IMG/VR virus record: IMGVR_UViG_3300030328_002748
Location: 1-64,000 of that record
Length of the DNA: 64,000 nt
Direction: 5' to 3' (one strand)
DNA from: a virus
Lineage: Duplodnaviria; Caudoviricetes
Below, in pieces: positions 39,801 to 48,808 of the stretch. The notes under the pieces are model-generated. The model was not told where the DNA came from and ran no database searches. It was given only the letters and a program-made list of their open reading frames with translations. Position numbers and translations under genes: made by a program. Positions within the stretch are counted from its first letter, which is position 1, and each line of letters starts with the position of its first letter.

Positions 39801-39910
39801 TTGGTAATGATGTTGCGATTAACCAAGTAACAGGTACTATCTCAGGTAGAGCCTTCAATCAAAGTCTGTTAAATACAGTAACACCTCTAATCATAGCACT
39901 AGAAGATTAA
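36815..39910 (+). CDS. Tail fibre protein with internal repeats
   Basis: IRFKRSS..GEIAMN N-terminus, beta-helix region, repeated Y..TG..T.TT...H....G..V.L.GI.FTC units; CTAAATA at 36755. Confidence 0.8.
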   Translation: MASNIRFKRSSVTGKSPSAAQLPIGEIAMNTKDGVLWMQEEGARILNIRAGSALTAGRFIYVSPHGDDTNNDGSDRLKAKKTVSGAVAISTSGDTIEVASGTYVESNPIVVPPGVALQGEDLRSTVLVPQTQNKDFFHVNNGVHFTNFSFVGSASTGAVISFDPNRVGVVTQSPYVRNCTNFIPNSIGLRIDGNLRSGNNGVNGSMVVDSFTQYNLNGIGVSITNKAYAQLVSIFTINSGTSIFCESGGQCDITNSNSSFGEYGLVADNVSLLQYTGITSTASGIASDRLQIQFPVKNVQITNFEYDNVTGYSTVTTEEDHNLKVGYGASLQGIGFTCAAGYGQTHAVSGFIYNEATGISTITTATNHGVIGGDHVKLSGIAFTCSGYAGVSTHIFPDGTNGYQFKVDSILSNTQFTVNVGTSTIAHTYLENGIVRTGITTDIYPNPIGEPGKSGNVYDVIDIPGGNYTHKFVSADAGAVTIKTGAAAGAAVTVTNATYIPATGVLTLDFVAAHGMSTADQITISEESISFTCAKDNYKHPQAYPRPGFAHTFVSGVTNAITKSIGGTITAEAGTVYDGAAGIMTVTSAGHGLSNGNTVTLANDAVKFTCSKDVHATQHDYPRNGIDPIAGVATVVSNSQTNTFEIFVGKSGIADPICGVGTTVNVTSTTQLTVNCGATLLDARKFNIYSGISTVPHTFVQAGIRTVSGFVHDHLTGLTTITTSQPHHLAAKNYVRLAGIALTCTAGIKTYPDGNSRFGSVFEVTGITTNTFTLDVGISTLAHTYVSGGTVRRAAASKLYANRPYDGQVVYLDTLYKQLDKIDVTSPGSGYASQPTITISAPEGDNGTTATAEAVLENGAIKEINVTNNGSQYVNNPSITLTGGSPSVSAGTTTGMRPLYYTVQEATQPDKYTGISTVVFDQVLNNAIGIGSTAFFYQTSLILASSHSFEWIGSGGDMAGSRPRLGGVGIQSAEIVNRDGGIVVYTSTDQSGNFRIGNDVAINQVTGTISGRAFNQSLLNTVTPLIIALED

Positions 39911-39916
39911 AGAAAA

Positions 39917-40264
39917 ATGGCGATTACCCCGTTAAATGTTTTTAAGGCGGTTAGACATGATGTAACCACCGCCTCAGTCGGCATCTATACTGCCCCTGCT
40001 AACGTAGCATCTATTATATTGGGTGCATACGCTGCTAATGTATCATCTGGTATTGCTACTATAACTGCCGTTCATAATAGAACTGGTGGAGATGGTTATG
40101 GTGACGTTGCCATTGTCAATGGGATTAAAATTCCTAAGAATGATACTCTCTCTATGATTGATGGTAAATTAATTCTGGAAACAGGTGACATTTTTAAAAT
40201 AAGTGCTACAGAAAATAGTACTGTAGAACTTACTCTTAACATCTTGGAAACTGCTAAACAGTAA
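39917..40264 (+). CDS. Small virion structural protein
   Basis: IYTAP..IP.NDTL..GKLILETGD motif seen in fibre loci. Confidence 0.7.
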   Translation: MAITPLNVFKAVRHDVTTASVGIYTAPANVASIILGAYAANVSSGIATITAVHNRTGGDGYGDVAIVNGIKIPKNDTLSMIDGKLILETGDIFKISATENSTVELTLNILETAKQ

Positions 40265-40271
40265 ATAAACG

Positions 40272-43200
40272 ATGCCTAAGTACATTTCAGGTAGAGTACC
40301 AGTTAATGCTCCTGGCGACGCCGGACTCTCTACAGACAGACACACTTTTCTAGGATTAGAGGATGCAGAACCTAATCTAGGATTGGCTAGTGCAAATCAA
40401 TCTGTTATCATAAGTGATACTACAGGCACAAGAGGATTTTCAGATACACCTACTGTAACTGGTGCTAATGTAACAGGAATAATTACTGCAACTACAGGAA
40501 TAATTACTACAGTCAATGCGGAAACGCTTGATGCTGGAGCGAATCTATATGCCCTTGCTGGTGTTGTAACCACCCTAACTGTTACAGATACAGTAGCTAC
40601 GGCCTCTACTGCCACTAATCTTACTGTATCAGGAATCACATCTGTTAAGGATATTGTAGGTACATCTGGTACTATCACTAACTTAACATCCACTGACACT
40701 AATGTTAGTGGTGCTTTAACATCTGTTGATGCCACATTTACTCGACTAACTCCTGAAGATACAGTCGGTACTGCTGCAACATTTACAGATCTTAACGCTA
40801 CAAGATTTACTCCCACGGATACTGTAGGTACTGCTGCAACCTTTACTAATCTTTCACTTACCAATCTTGATGGTGGAGATGGTACTCTTAATATTCGTGC
40901 GAATATACTTGATACTCAGACTTTATATGGTGTAACTGGTGTTGTTACTACCTTAACTGTTGCTAACCGTGTTGTTGTTAGTGGTGGTGCAACAGTTTCA
41001 GGGGCAATGACCGTCACTGGAAATACTCAATTCTGGGGTGGTATAAGAGATAAAGATGGACAAATAGGTGATGCAGGCCAAGTTCTTCAATCAACAGGAA
41101 GTCAGGTTAACTGGGTAAACACTCCTGCTGGTGGTATTACAATTAAGGATGAAGGTGCTACTGTAGGTACTGCTGGTAGTGTTGTTATTGTCAACTTTGT
41201 TGGAACTGGAGTTACTGCTTCTGCTAGTGGTTTAGGTGCTACTATTACAGTAGATCAACTCGATAAGGCTAATGGTTTAGATAGTCAGGTTCAATATAAT
41301 AATAGTGGTACATTAGGTGGTGCAACTGGATTTGTCTTTACAGATTCCAATAACTATGTTGGTATCGGAAGTACAAACCCACAAAGACAGGTAACTATCG
41401 GTGGAGATGGTACTGTTCATGGTAAGTGGTACACACAAAGAACATATACAACTACCAATATTCCACTTGATGCTTTAGAATATGTTCCTAAGTCATATGT
41501 TGATGCTGTTCAGGCTGGTATCGTTGTTAAGGCTGCCGTATCTATGGCATCCACAGAGGCCATCAGTGCTTACACATACAATAATGGATTATCTGGTGTT
41601 GGTGCAAAGATTTGGAAGAATACTAATGGTTTAGGTGCTATTGATGGTGTTGACTTTACAGTTCAAGCTCGTGTTCTAATTAAAGATCAAGGTGCTTCTG
41701 GTGTAGGTAATACATTTGAGAATGGATTCTATGAGGTTACTAGGACTGGATCTGGATCAACTTCATGGGAGTTGCAAAGAACCAATGATATGGACGAACC
41801 AGACGAAATGGTTTCTGGTGCGTTCGCTTTCGTTCTTGAAGGTGTTAGAAACAGTGGTAATGGTTTCGTTCAGTTAACGAAAGAACCAGTTGCGATTGGT
41901 ACTACTGCATTAGAATATACCCAGTTTACGGCGCCTGGACAGGTAGAGGCTGGTGATGGTTTACAGAAGACTGCCAATACTATTGATGTTGTTAGTGCTG
42001 ATACTAATGCAATCTATATTACTCCTGATAATATTAATTTAAAGGCTATTAACCCGTCGCAAAGTTATGTTTCAACGGGATCGACGCAATTTGTACAGGC
42101 TATTAGTATCGATTCATATGGTCGGGTTACGGGTGTTGTAACGACGAATGAATATACTAAGGCCACCCAAGTAACTCATGGTGTCGTTAGGATACCAGCA
42201 GAGGCAAGTAGTGGATTAACGATCAGTAGTGGTGAACTAGGTCTAACGAATTGGCCAACATTCACGAACTTAAAAGTAACGGGTATTACAACTAATGTAG
42301 TAACCTCAGCTACTTCTAATACTACATCATCTCTTACTGTTACTGGTGTTACTACTCATACTGGGGCTTCTAGATGGAGTGATAGTACTAAACTTCTTAT
42401 CGGTTCAGATAACGACCTTCAAGTATATCATACAGGATCAATAGGATATATTGATAATAATACAGGTAATTTATTTGTTAGAAATAATGTTGATAATGAT
42501 GATGGTGGTAATATAGTAATTCAGGCTAAGTCTGGTGAAAATTCTATTGTCGCTAATGATGATGGTTCAGTTGATTTACATTATGATGGTGGTGATGCCA
42601 AACTCCAGACAATTGGATATGGTATTACTGTAAATGGAACTGCCTGGCTTGATGCAACTCAAGTTGGTGGTGCAGCCACGATTGGTGCTACTTTAGAACT
42701 ACAGTCATTCCTGAAAGACTACTATAATCAAGTTGGTGCTGCAACATCAGTTCTTATTGGTGATGCTAATGGTACTAAGTGGGAGTCTATTGCGACTGCT
42801 GCATTACAAGGGCCTAAAGGACAGAAAGGAGAAGTAGGTGATAAAGGACAGAAGGGAGAAAAAGGAGAGAAGGGACAGAAAGGTGAGAAAGGTGAAAAGG
42901 GACAGAAGGGAGAAAAGGGTGAAAAAGGTCAGAAGGGTGTTGATGGTGTAGATGGCCCAACAGGGCCCACCGGCCCAACTGGGCCTACAGGCCCAACCGG
43001 CCCAACTGGCCCTAAAGGTCAAAAGGGTGAACAAGGTGCAACTGGCCCGACTGGCCCAACAGGCCCCACTGGCCCTAAAGGACAGAAAGGTGCTCAGGGT
43101 GCAACTGGCCCAACAGGGCCAACTGGCCCAACCGGCCCTCAAGGTTCCAAAGGACAGAAGGGTGCTCAAGGATCTACTGGCCCAACAGGGCCAACCGGCC

Positions 43201-44114
43201 CTACCGGCCCAACTGGCCCAACAGGTCAGAAAGGTCAGAAGGGTGCAACTGGTAGTACTGGCCCAACAGGCCCTACAGGCCCTGCCGGCCCCAACAATCC
43301 ATCATCTGTTCAGATAACAGGTAGTGGTAATGATGTTCTTAACTTTACTGCAAACTCATCTAATGACAACAGAGGTATGTCGTTCAACTCTAGAACGGCT
43401 GTTACCGCTGACTATAATGATGGTTGGTTGAGAGTTAATAATGAGAATGAGTTTGGTAATGGTGTTTATTCACCAGAGAAATTCCGTGGTGATTCAGGTA
43501 TGTATGTATCTGGTTCCAGATATATTGATGATAACTTAGGTGACTACGGAACAATTCGTTGTGGTGGTAATGGTGCTGGTAACTGGGAAGGATTCTCTAT
43601 TGATGGTCGTGAAGTATTCATGCACGATGGTGGTAACGCTACTGGTTTATACAATGATGTGAACAATGAGTGGATGGTTTATTGTCAGAATAACTCATAT
43701 GTTCAGTTGAGACATAATAACACTACTAGATTAGAGACATCTAACAATGGTGTTAGTATTAATAACATCATGACTTGTAACTCTGACAAACGATTGAAGG
43801 AGAACGTCACTAATCTTGACGGATCTTTGGATAAAGTTTTGAAGATGAGAGGTGTTTCCTTCAACTGGATAAATGAGAAGGATGATAGAGATGATGGACA
43901 ACCGACTATAGGTTTCCTTGCACAAGAGATGCAAGAAGTTGAACCTAGTTTGGTTTATAACTCTAATACAGCTGCAGATGGAACTCAATATCTAGGAGTT
44001 GCATATCAAAACTTATCTGCACACTTGGTTGAGGCCATTAAGGAACAGAATGATGTCATAAATAACTTGAGAGCACGAATCGAAGTCTTGGAGAAACACA
44101 ATGGCATTGAGTAA
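40272..44114 (+). CDS. Tail fibre with collagen triple-helix segment and C-terminal S74 chaperone
   Basis: 54 Gly-X-Y triplets; [38 protein letters not shown]. Confidence 0.9.
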   Translation: MPKYISGRVPVNAPGDAGLSTDRHTFLGLEDAEPNLGLASANQSVIISDTTGTRGFSDTPTVTGANVTGIITATTGIITTVNAETLDAGANLYALAGVVTTLTVTDTVATASTATNLTVSGITSVKDIVGTSGTITNLTSTDTNVSGALTSVDATFTRLTPEDTVGTAATFTDLNATRFTPTDTVGTAATFTNLSLTNLDGGDGTLNIRANILDTQTLYGVTGVVTTLTVANRVVVSGGATVSGAMTVTGNTQFWGGIRDKDGQIGDAGQVLQSTGSQVNWVNTPAGGITIKDEGATVGTAGSVVIVNFVGTGVTASASGLGATITVDQLDKANGLDSQVQYNNSGTLGGATGFVFTDSNNYVGIGSTNPQRQVTIGGDGTVHGKWYTQRTYTTTNIPLDALEYVPKSYVDAVQAGIVVKAAVSMASTEAISAYTYNNGLSGVGAKIWKNTNGLGAIDGVDFTVQARVLIKDQGASGVGNTFENGFYEVTRTGSGSTSWELQRTNDMDEPDEMVSGAFAFVLEGVRNSGNGFVQLTKEPVAIGTTALEYTQFTAPGQVEAGDGLQKTANTIDVVSADTNAIYITPDNINLKAINPSQSYVSTGSTQFVQAISIDSYGRVTGVVTTNEYTKATQVTHGVVRIPAEASSGLTISSGELGLTNWPTFTNLKVTGITTNVVTSATSNTTSSLTVTGVTTHTGASRWSDSTKLLIGSDNDLQVYHTGSIGYIDNNTGNLFVRNNVDNDDGGNIVIQAKSGENSIVANDDGSVDLHYDGGDAKLQTIGYGITVNGTAWLDATQVGGAATIGATLELQSFLKDYYNQVGAATSVLIGDANGTKWESIATAALQGPKGQKGEVGDKGQKGEKGEKGQKGEKGEKGQKGEKGEKGQKGVDGVDGPTGPTGPTGPTGPTGPTGPKGQKGEQGATGPTGPTGPTGPKGQKGAQGATGPTGPTGPTGPQGSKGQKGAQGSTGPTGPTGPTGPTGPTGQKGQKGATGSTGPTGPTGPAGPNNPSSVQITGSGNDVLNFTANSSNDNRGMSFNSRTAVTADYNDGWLRVNNENEFGNGVYSPEKFRGDSGMYVSGSRYIDDNLGDYGTIRCGGNGAGNWEGFSIDGREVFMHDGGNATGLYNDVNNEWMVYCQNNSYVQLRHNNTTRLETSNNGVSINNIMTCNSDKRLKENVTNLDGSLDKVLKMRGVSFNWINEKDDRDDGQPTIGFLAQEMQEVEPSLVYNSNTAADGTQYLGVAYQNLSAHLVEAIKEQNDVINNLRARIEVLEKHNGIE
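42810..43295 (+). repeat. Collagen-coding repeat, (Gly-X-Y)54
   Basis: [18 protein letters not shown] ... [12 protein letters not shown] with no interruption; 9-nt periodicity. Confidence 0.97.
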
Positions 44115-44475
44115 GGATTATGAAATTCCAAATACAGGTGTAACTGTACCTAATGCCTACTTCGTTATTAGGGAAGTTAGGTTGGAAAAGAGATTAGCTG
44201 ATTACCCATACCCAGGCGAAACATATACAGATTCAGAAAGGGTTTCTCTGGGGGAACCACTTGTTAACTTTAAAGCTGGACGTATTGCCTGGATCACACT
44301 TTCGGTGTATGCTAGCCAAACAGCCAGAAATAATGGATCGAAACATGTTGGAGTAGTTGGTAAAGACAACTCTAAAGATTATCGATGTTTTATAGATGGT
44401 GATAGTGATATTTCTGCACAGATTTATACCTATTTAAAAACTACAACATATTTTAGTGACGCTGTAGACGTTTAA
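44101..44475 (+). CDS. Fibre-associated small protein
   Basis: MAL...GVTVPNAY...QIYTYLKT...DAVDV pattern; overlaps the fibre stop. Confidence 0.65.
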   Translation: MALSKDYEIPNTGVTVPNAYFVIREVRLEKRLADYPYPGETYTDSERVSLGEPLVNFKAGRIAWITLSVYASQTARNNGSKHVGVVGKDNSKDYRCFIDGDSDISAQIYTYLKTTTYFSDAVDV

Positions 44476-44479
44476 TTAA

Positions 44480-45169
44480 TTGGACAATTTTATTCGTGAA
44501 TACTTCATCAGGGATCCTGAGATCTGTGATGGAGTAATTGATGCACTTGAAAAGTTGAAGGCAGCTGGTCATGGTAGGCCTGGCGTGTCTTATATGCCTG
44601 ATGCTCCAGATGATTTTGATTTCAAGTCAGTTAAAGATAGTTGGGATCTAGTACCTCCTGATTTTGCTAGGATGTATCCTAATGGCCCTAAGGAATTAAG
44701 ACTTGATGAGATTGCAGATGAGATGAATAATGAGTTATTTCCAAGATATTATAAGGAGATAGAGTTACATTTTAGAGGAGAATTATTCTCTATAAGACCA
44801 CCTCAGTTTCAGATGTATGAACCTGGCGGTGGTTATAAAGTATGGCATTGTGATGCCCAAGGTGTTATGATACATAGAATGTTTGTTTATATTCTATATC
44901 TTAATGATGTACCTGATGGAGGTACAGAATTCAAACATCAAAATGTAAGAGTTACAGCTGAGAAAGGGAAGGTACTCATGTTCCCTGCTAACTTTTGTTA
45001 TATTCATAGGAGTGAAGTATCCCATACCAGTAAGAAGTATATTATGACTGGATGGATGGATACAGATCTTGTTGAGATGTTGACAGAAGAAAGTAGAAAA
45101 AAACCCGAAGATAAGTATGATGCTTACACACAACTAGCAAAACAACAATATAATGAGAATAAAAAATGA
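44480..45169 (+). CDS. 2OG-Fe(II) oxygenase (prolyl-hydroxylase-like fold)
   Basis: QMYEPGGGYKVWHCD, YLNDVPDGGTEF, KGKVLMFP..YIHR, KYIMTGW. Confidence 0.9.
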   Translation: MDNFIREYFIRDPEICDGVIDALEKLKAAGHGRPGVSYMPDAPDDFDFKSVKDSWDLVPPDFARMYPNGPKELRLDEIADEMNNELFPRYYKEIELHFRGELFSIRPPQFQMYEPGGGYKVWHCDAQGVMIHRMFVYILYLNDVPDGGTEFKHQNVRVTAEKGKVLMFPANFCYIHRSEVSHTSKKYIMTGWMDTDLVEMLTEESRKKPEDKYDAYTQLAKQQYNENKK

Positions 45170-45897
45170 TTTCATTGGTAACTGGTGGGTTTGATCCCGT
45201 ACATTCTGGACATATAGCTCTCTTTAAAGGTGCTAGGTCTGTATCTGATAGATTAATAGTTGGTGTTAATTCTGATCAATGGCTTATTAGAAAGAAAGGT
45301 AAATATTTTATGCCTATTGAGGAGAGAATCAATATCCTCAAAAATCTTTCAATGGTAGATGAAGTAATAACATTTAATGATGAAGATGATACAGCATGTG
45401 ATGCAATAGAAAGATTGTTACCTAGTAATGATGATATTGTATTCTGTAATGGTGGTGATAGAGGTAATAATAATACTCCTGAATTATTCAAGTATGTGGA
45501 TAAGGTTACTTTTGCATGGGGTGTTGGTGGTGTTGATAAAAAGAATAGTAGTAGTTGGTTATTAGCCGATTGGAGTGCTCCTAAGACAAAAAGAGCTTGG
45601 GGTCATTATAAGGTATTGTATGAAGGAAAAGGATTTAAAGTCAAAGAATTAGTAATTAATCCTAAGAGTTCATTGTCAATGCAAAGACATAAGAATCGTA
45701 GTGAAACATGGAATATTGTTACTGGTAATGCACATGTTATAGTAGGTGATGATATGTATAAATTATCTACTGAGAAGGGTGTTTATATACCACCTAACAC
45801 ATGGCATAAAGGTATTAATGAATCAGATGAAGAGGCACATATAATAGAAGTATGGAGAGGAGATATTTTAACTGAGGAGGATATTGAAAGACAATGA
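45166..45897 (+). CDS. HIGH-family nucleotidyltransferase fused to a ManC-type cupin (sugar isomerase-like)
   Basis: TGGFDPVHSGH, GVNSD, NGGDR, KKNSSS; then RAWGHY..LSMQRH..RSETW..IEV..G..EEDIER. Confidence 0.85.
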   Translation: MISLVTGGFDPVHSGHIALFKGARSVSDRLIVGVNSDQWLIRKKGKYFMPIEERINILKNLSMVDEVITFNDEDDTACDAIERLLPSNDDIVFCNGGDRGNNNTPELFKYVDKVTFAWGVGGVDKKNSSSWLLADWSAPKTKRAWGHYKVLYEGKGFKVKELVINPKSSLSMQRHKNRSETWNIVTGNAHVIVGDDMYKLSTEKGVYIPPNTWHKGINESDEEAHIIEVWRGDILTEEDIERQ

Positions 45898-46445
45898 ATG
45901 GTGAATGGGCTATATGGAAAAGGGCATTTACAAAAGAGGAATGTCATGATATAATAGAACGAGGCCAAAAACTTGAAGTTGAAGAGGCCGATTTGGGAGC
46001 TCATGGTGATAATAAGAATAAAGAATATCGTAGGAGTGAAGTCAGATGGATGAATGAGGATCTATTTGAGGATATTTTTGATAAGATGTGGAAAATGACT
46101 ATTAAGGCTAATACCCAATGGTTTGGTTTTCATATTGATGAATTAAGATATATGCAATTCACTGAGTACCATGAAAGTTATAAGGGAGAATATAAGAAAC
46201 ACCATGATGTTTTTTGGACTGAACCAAAACATAGAAAGTTATCTGTGGTATTACAACTAACTGACCCAGATACATATGAAGGGGGAGATCTCCATCTTAC
46301 AGTTCAAGGAGAAAGACCGGCCTTTTATAAAGATCAAGGAACTGTGATCTGGTTTCCATCATGGACTCCACACTGGGTAACTCCAGTTACAAAAGGTATT
46401 CGTAATAGTGTTGTTTGTTGGTTTGAGGGGCCACATTGGAAATGA
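45894..46445 (+). CDS. 2OG-Fe(II) oxygenase
   Basis: QFTEY..YKKHHD, RKLSVVLQL, YEGGDL, FPSWTPHWVTPVTKGIRNSVVCW. Confidence 0.92.
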   Translation: MNGEWAIWKRAFTKEECHDIIERGQKLEVEEADLGAHGDNKNKEYRRSEVRWMNEDLFEDIFDKMWKMTIKANTQWFGFHIDELRYMQFTEYHESYKGEYKKHHDVFWTEPKHRKLSVVLQLTDPDTYEGGDLHLTVQGERPAFYKDQGTVIWFPSWTPHWVTPVTKGIRNSVVCWFEGPHWK

Positions 46446-48322
46446 AAAAATTCTGTATTTCACTACCAGAAAGAGAAGATCGTAAGAGATGGTTCTATGA
46501 CCAGAACTCTGATAAGATAGACTATGAAATATTTAAGGCCATTGATGGTCGTAAGTTTGATTATAGTTTTCTATATGCTTCGGGTTTTGATACCTATAAA
46601 AATTGGCGTGACCCAATTAATCATACACATATCACAGGTGGAGAGATAGGATGTTTTCTTTCTCACTATTCTTTATGGATGAAATGTGTTGAACTCGATG
46701 AACCCATAATGATATTTGAGGATGATGCTAATATTACAGATGAATGGGATGAATCAGAAATTAATAAACTCATAGAAGAATATAATTTTATCTATCTTGG
46801 TTGGCTTGAGATGGGTAAATCTAAATCAGTCAAAAAGAAAAAGAAATTAGTTGTTCCTGAATATCCATACTGGACACTTTCATACGTTATAACTCCTGAA
46901 GCTGCAAAAATTTTAACTGAAGGCAATCCACAGAAAGAAATTATACCTGTAGATGAATATCTACCTGCACAATTACATAGACTCAATGTAGTTGGATATA
47001 AAGAGAATGTTGTTATCCCTGCTGGTAGAGAGATATTTGGTACAGATGTAGATCCTCATAATAGATATGATTATTTCCTAGACTTTAGAACACATGCTGT
47101 AACTATTGGTGATGATGATTCAAAATGTTGGAGGTTACATGAATCTGCACATGGTAAGAACTTTAGAGTAAAGAATCTATGTATTGGTCAAGATATTAAA
47201 TGGACAGGATCAGATATGAGTGGGCCTGGAGGAGGTCAAAAGGTTAATATTTTACGGGACTACATTTATTGTCTACCAGACCATGATGTAGTATTATTTG
47301 CTGATGGATTTGATACGTTTGCAATATCAGATTTAGAAGAGATAACACGTAGATTTCTTGAGTTTAAATGTAAGGTATTATTTGCAGCTGAAGAACATCT
47401 ATGGCCCGATAAAGACTTAGAGTTTCCTGAATGTGAAACTAAGTATAGGTATTTGAATAGTGGATTGTTTATTGGTAGAGTTGATGAACTCAAAAGAATA
47501 ATGAATGCTGGGATAAAGAATGAGGAAGACGATCAACTTTATTATCAGAAGGCATATTTGAATGGTGATTCAACTGCTCCTGAGTCTGAAAGATTAGATA
47601 TAAAATTGGATCATGAATGTTATGTCTTTCAGTGTCATGAAGAGAATTTAAAGATAGAAAGAGGAACATTATTTAATAATGAGACTAGATGTTATCCTTG
47701 TTTCTATCATGGTAATGGGGATGGGTCTGCAAAGAAACATTTCCAGAGTGTATTTGATAGATTCTTTGGTGGTGGAATAGTATATACCCAAACAGACCAA
47801 TATGAATTACTTGGGCCTGACATGATTCTTGTTGATTATATGTCACCAAATATGTGTCATGAAATGATTCGTAGAGCTGATGAATATGGTCAATGGGGTA
47901 GTCTTTCATATGATAAATTCCCTGCTCAAGAGATTAGATTAAAAAAAATAAGTCTATGGGAAGAGATGGCAGAACATTGGCAAGATATATTAAATCCAAT
48001 CATTGAACGATTCTGGCATCCTATGGAGATGTATGGTATGAGAGATGCTTTTGTTATGAGATATGCTATGAATACACAAACAAATTTGGCCTTACATAAT
48101 GATGCCTCTTTGGTGACTGGATCTGTTAAACTAAATGATAACTATCAAGGTGCAGATCTAGAGTTCCCTAGACAGAAATTCAGTAATAAGGATATACCTG
48201 TTGGTAAGTGTATATTATTTCCAGGCCAAGTTTCACATGGACATACTTGCACCGAGTTAAAATCAGGTGTTAAATATAGCTTAACCATGTGGTCTAAACG
48301 ATTCCATAAAGATGAGGTGTAA
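46436..48322 (+). CDS. Three-domain collagen-modifying enzyme: GT25 (COLGALT-like), PLOD-type glycosyltransferase, lysyl hydroxylase
   Basis: GEIGCFLSH, FEDD, YWTLSY, PVDEYLP; GGGQKV, FADGFD, LFAAE..WP, YLNSG.FIG, EDDQLYY, HGNG; YGQW, FVMRY, HND..SHGH. Confidence 0.88.
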   Translation: MEMKKFCISLPEREDRKRWFYDQNSDKIDYEIFKAIDGRKFDYSFLYASGFDTYKNWRDPINHTHITGGEIGCFLSHYSLWMKCVELDEPIMIFEDDANITDEWDESEINKLIEEYNFIYLGWLEMGKSKSVKKKKKLVVPEYPYWTLSYVITPEAAKILTEGNPQKEIIPVDEYLPAQLHRLNVVGYKENVVIPAGREIFGTDVDPHNRYDYFLDFRTHAVTIGDDDSKCWRLHESAHGKNFRVKNLCIGQDIKWTGSDMSGPGGGQKVNILRDYIYCLPDHDVVLFADGFDTFAISDLEEITRRFLEFKCKVLFAAEEHLWPDKDLEFPECETKYRYLNSGLFIGRVDELKRIMNAGIKNEEDDQLYYQKAYLNGDSTAPESERLDIKLDHECYVFQCHEENLKIERGTLFNNETRCYPCFYHGNGDGSAKKHFQSVFDRFFGGGIVYTQTDQYELLGPDMILVDYMSPNMCHEMIRRADEYGQWGSLSYDKFPAQEIRLKKISLWEEMAEHWQDILNPIIERFWHPMEMYGMRDAFVMRYAMNTQTNLALHNDASLVTGSVKLNDNYQGADLEFPRQKFSNKDIPVGKCILFPGQVSHGHTCTELKSGVKYSLTMWSKRFHKDEV

Positions 48323-48324
48323 TC

Positions 48325-48525
48325 ATGAACGGTAAACTACAGACACTAAAGGCATACTTATTGGATAGATATGAAACAGATGATATGATTTCGATTAATG
48401 AATTAGTTGGAGCAATTGATGATTTAGATTATGACCATGACGATTTAAACGAGGAAATCTCTAATGTTTTTATGAATTTAGTGACCGAACACATTGCTGA
48501 GAAGGGGCTTGACAAGGAAAAGTAA
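48325..48525 (+). CDS. Hypothetical protein
   Basis: ORF track. Confidence 0.6.
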   Translation: MNGKLQTLKAYLLDRYETDDMISINELVGAIDDLDYDHDDLNEEISNVFMNLVTEHIAEKGLDKEK

Positions 48526-48537
48526 TATACATATACT
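48509..48537 (+). promoter_or_regulatory. Sigma70-type promoter
   Basis: TTGACA-N17-TATACT. Confidence 0.75.
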
Positions 48538-48562
48538 AGGCTAGTACTCAATCCTCAGGCCG

Positions 48563-48763
48563 ATGACTTATCTCGCCATGCAGAAACGTCGTTACCGTAT
48601 TGTCTTAGATTTAGAATTAATGGATGATGGTAGTCATCCTGACAATTTTGAATGGAATAAGATGTTTGAGATTGGGGATGGAGAGGATGTAGAAATCATC
48701 AGTGTTGCTGAAGAGGAATATGATGATGGAATCCCAGAGAGTTACTGGTGGGAAGCACAATAG
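48563..48763 (+). CDS. Acidic hypothetical protein
   Basis: ORF track; follows the promoter. Confidence 0.7.
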   Translation: MTYLAMQKRRYRIVLDLELMDDGSHPDNFEWNKMFEIGDGEDVEIISVAEEEYDDGIPESYWWEAQ

Positions 48764-48771
48764 GTTTCCTA

Positions 48772-48779
48772 TATAAATA
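48772..48779 (+). promoter_or_regulatory. T4-type late promoter
   Basis: TATAAATA exact match upstream of the 48809 ORF. Confidence 0.75.
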
Positions 48780-48808
48780 TATTAGGTCAACATTTATATT
48801 GGTAAAAA

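Noticed and set aside
42810-43295. Periodic repeat as a CRISPR array or satellite
   Set aside because: No unique spacers; variation is at synonymous positions of an in-frame Gly-X-Y coding repeat.
42804-43317. Alternative-frame ORFs 42804..43169 (-) and 42952..43317 (+)
   Set aside because: By-products of the stop-poor 9-nt collagen repeat.
30418-44114. Diversity-generating retroelement or invertible tip acting on fibres
   Set aside because: No reverse transcriptase, invertase or template/variable repeat pair seen; the two similar C-termini are ordinary S74 chaperone domains.
44480-46445. Calling the flanking oxygenases collagen prolyl-4-hydroxylases
   Set aside because: The collagen has no Pro at Y, the canonical P4H site, so their substrate is left unassigned.
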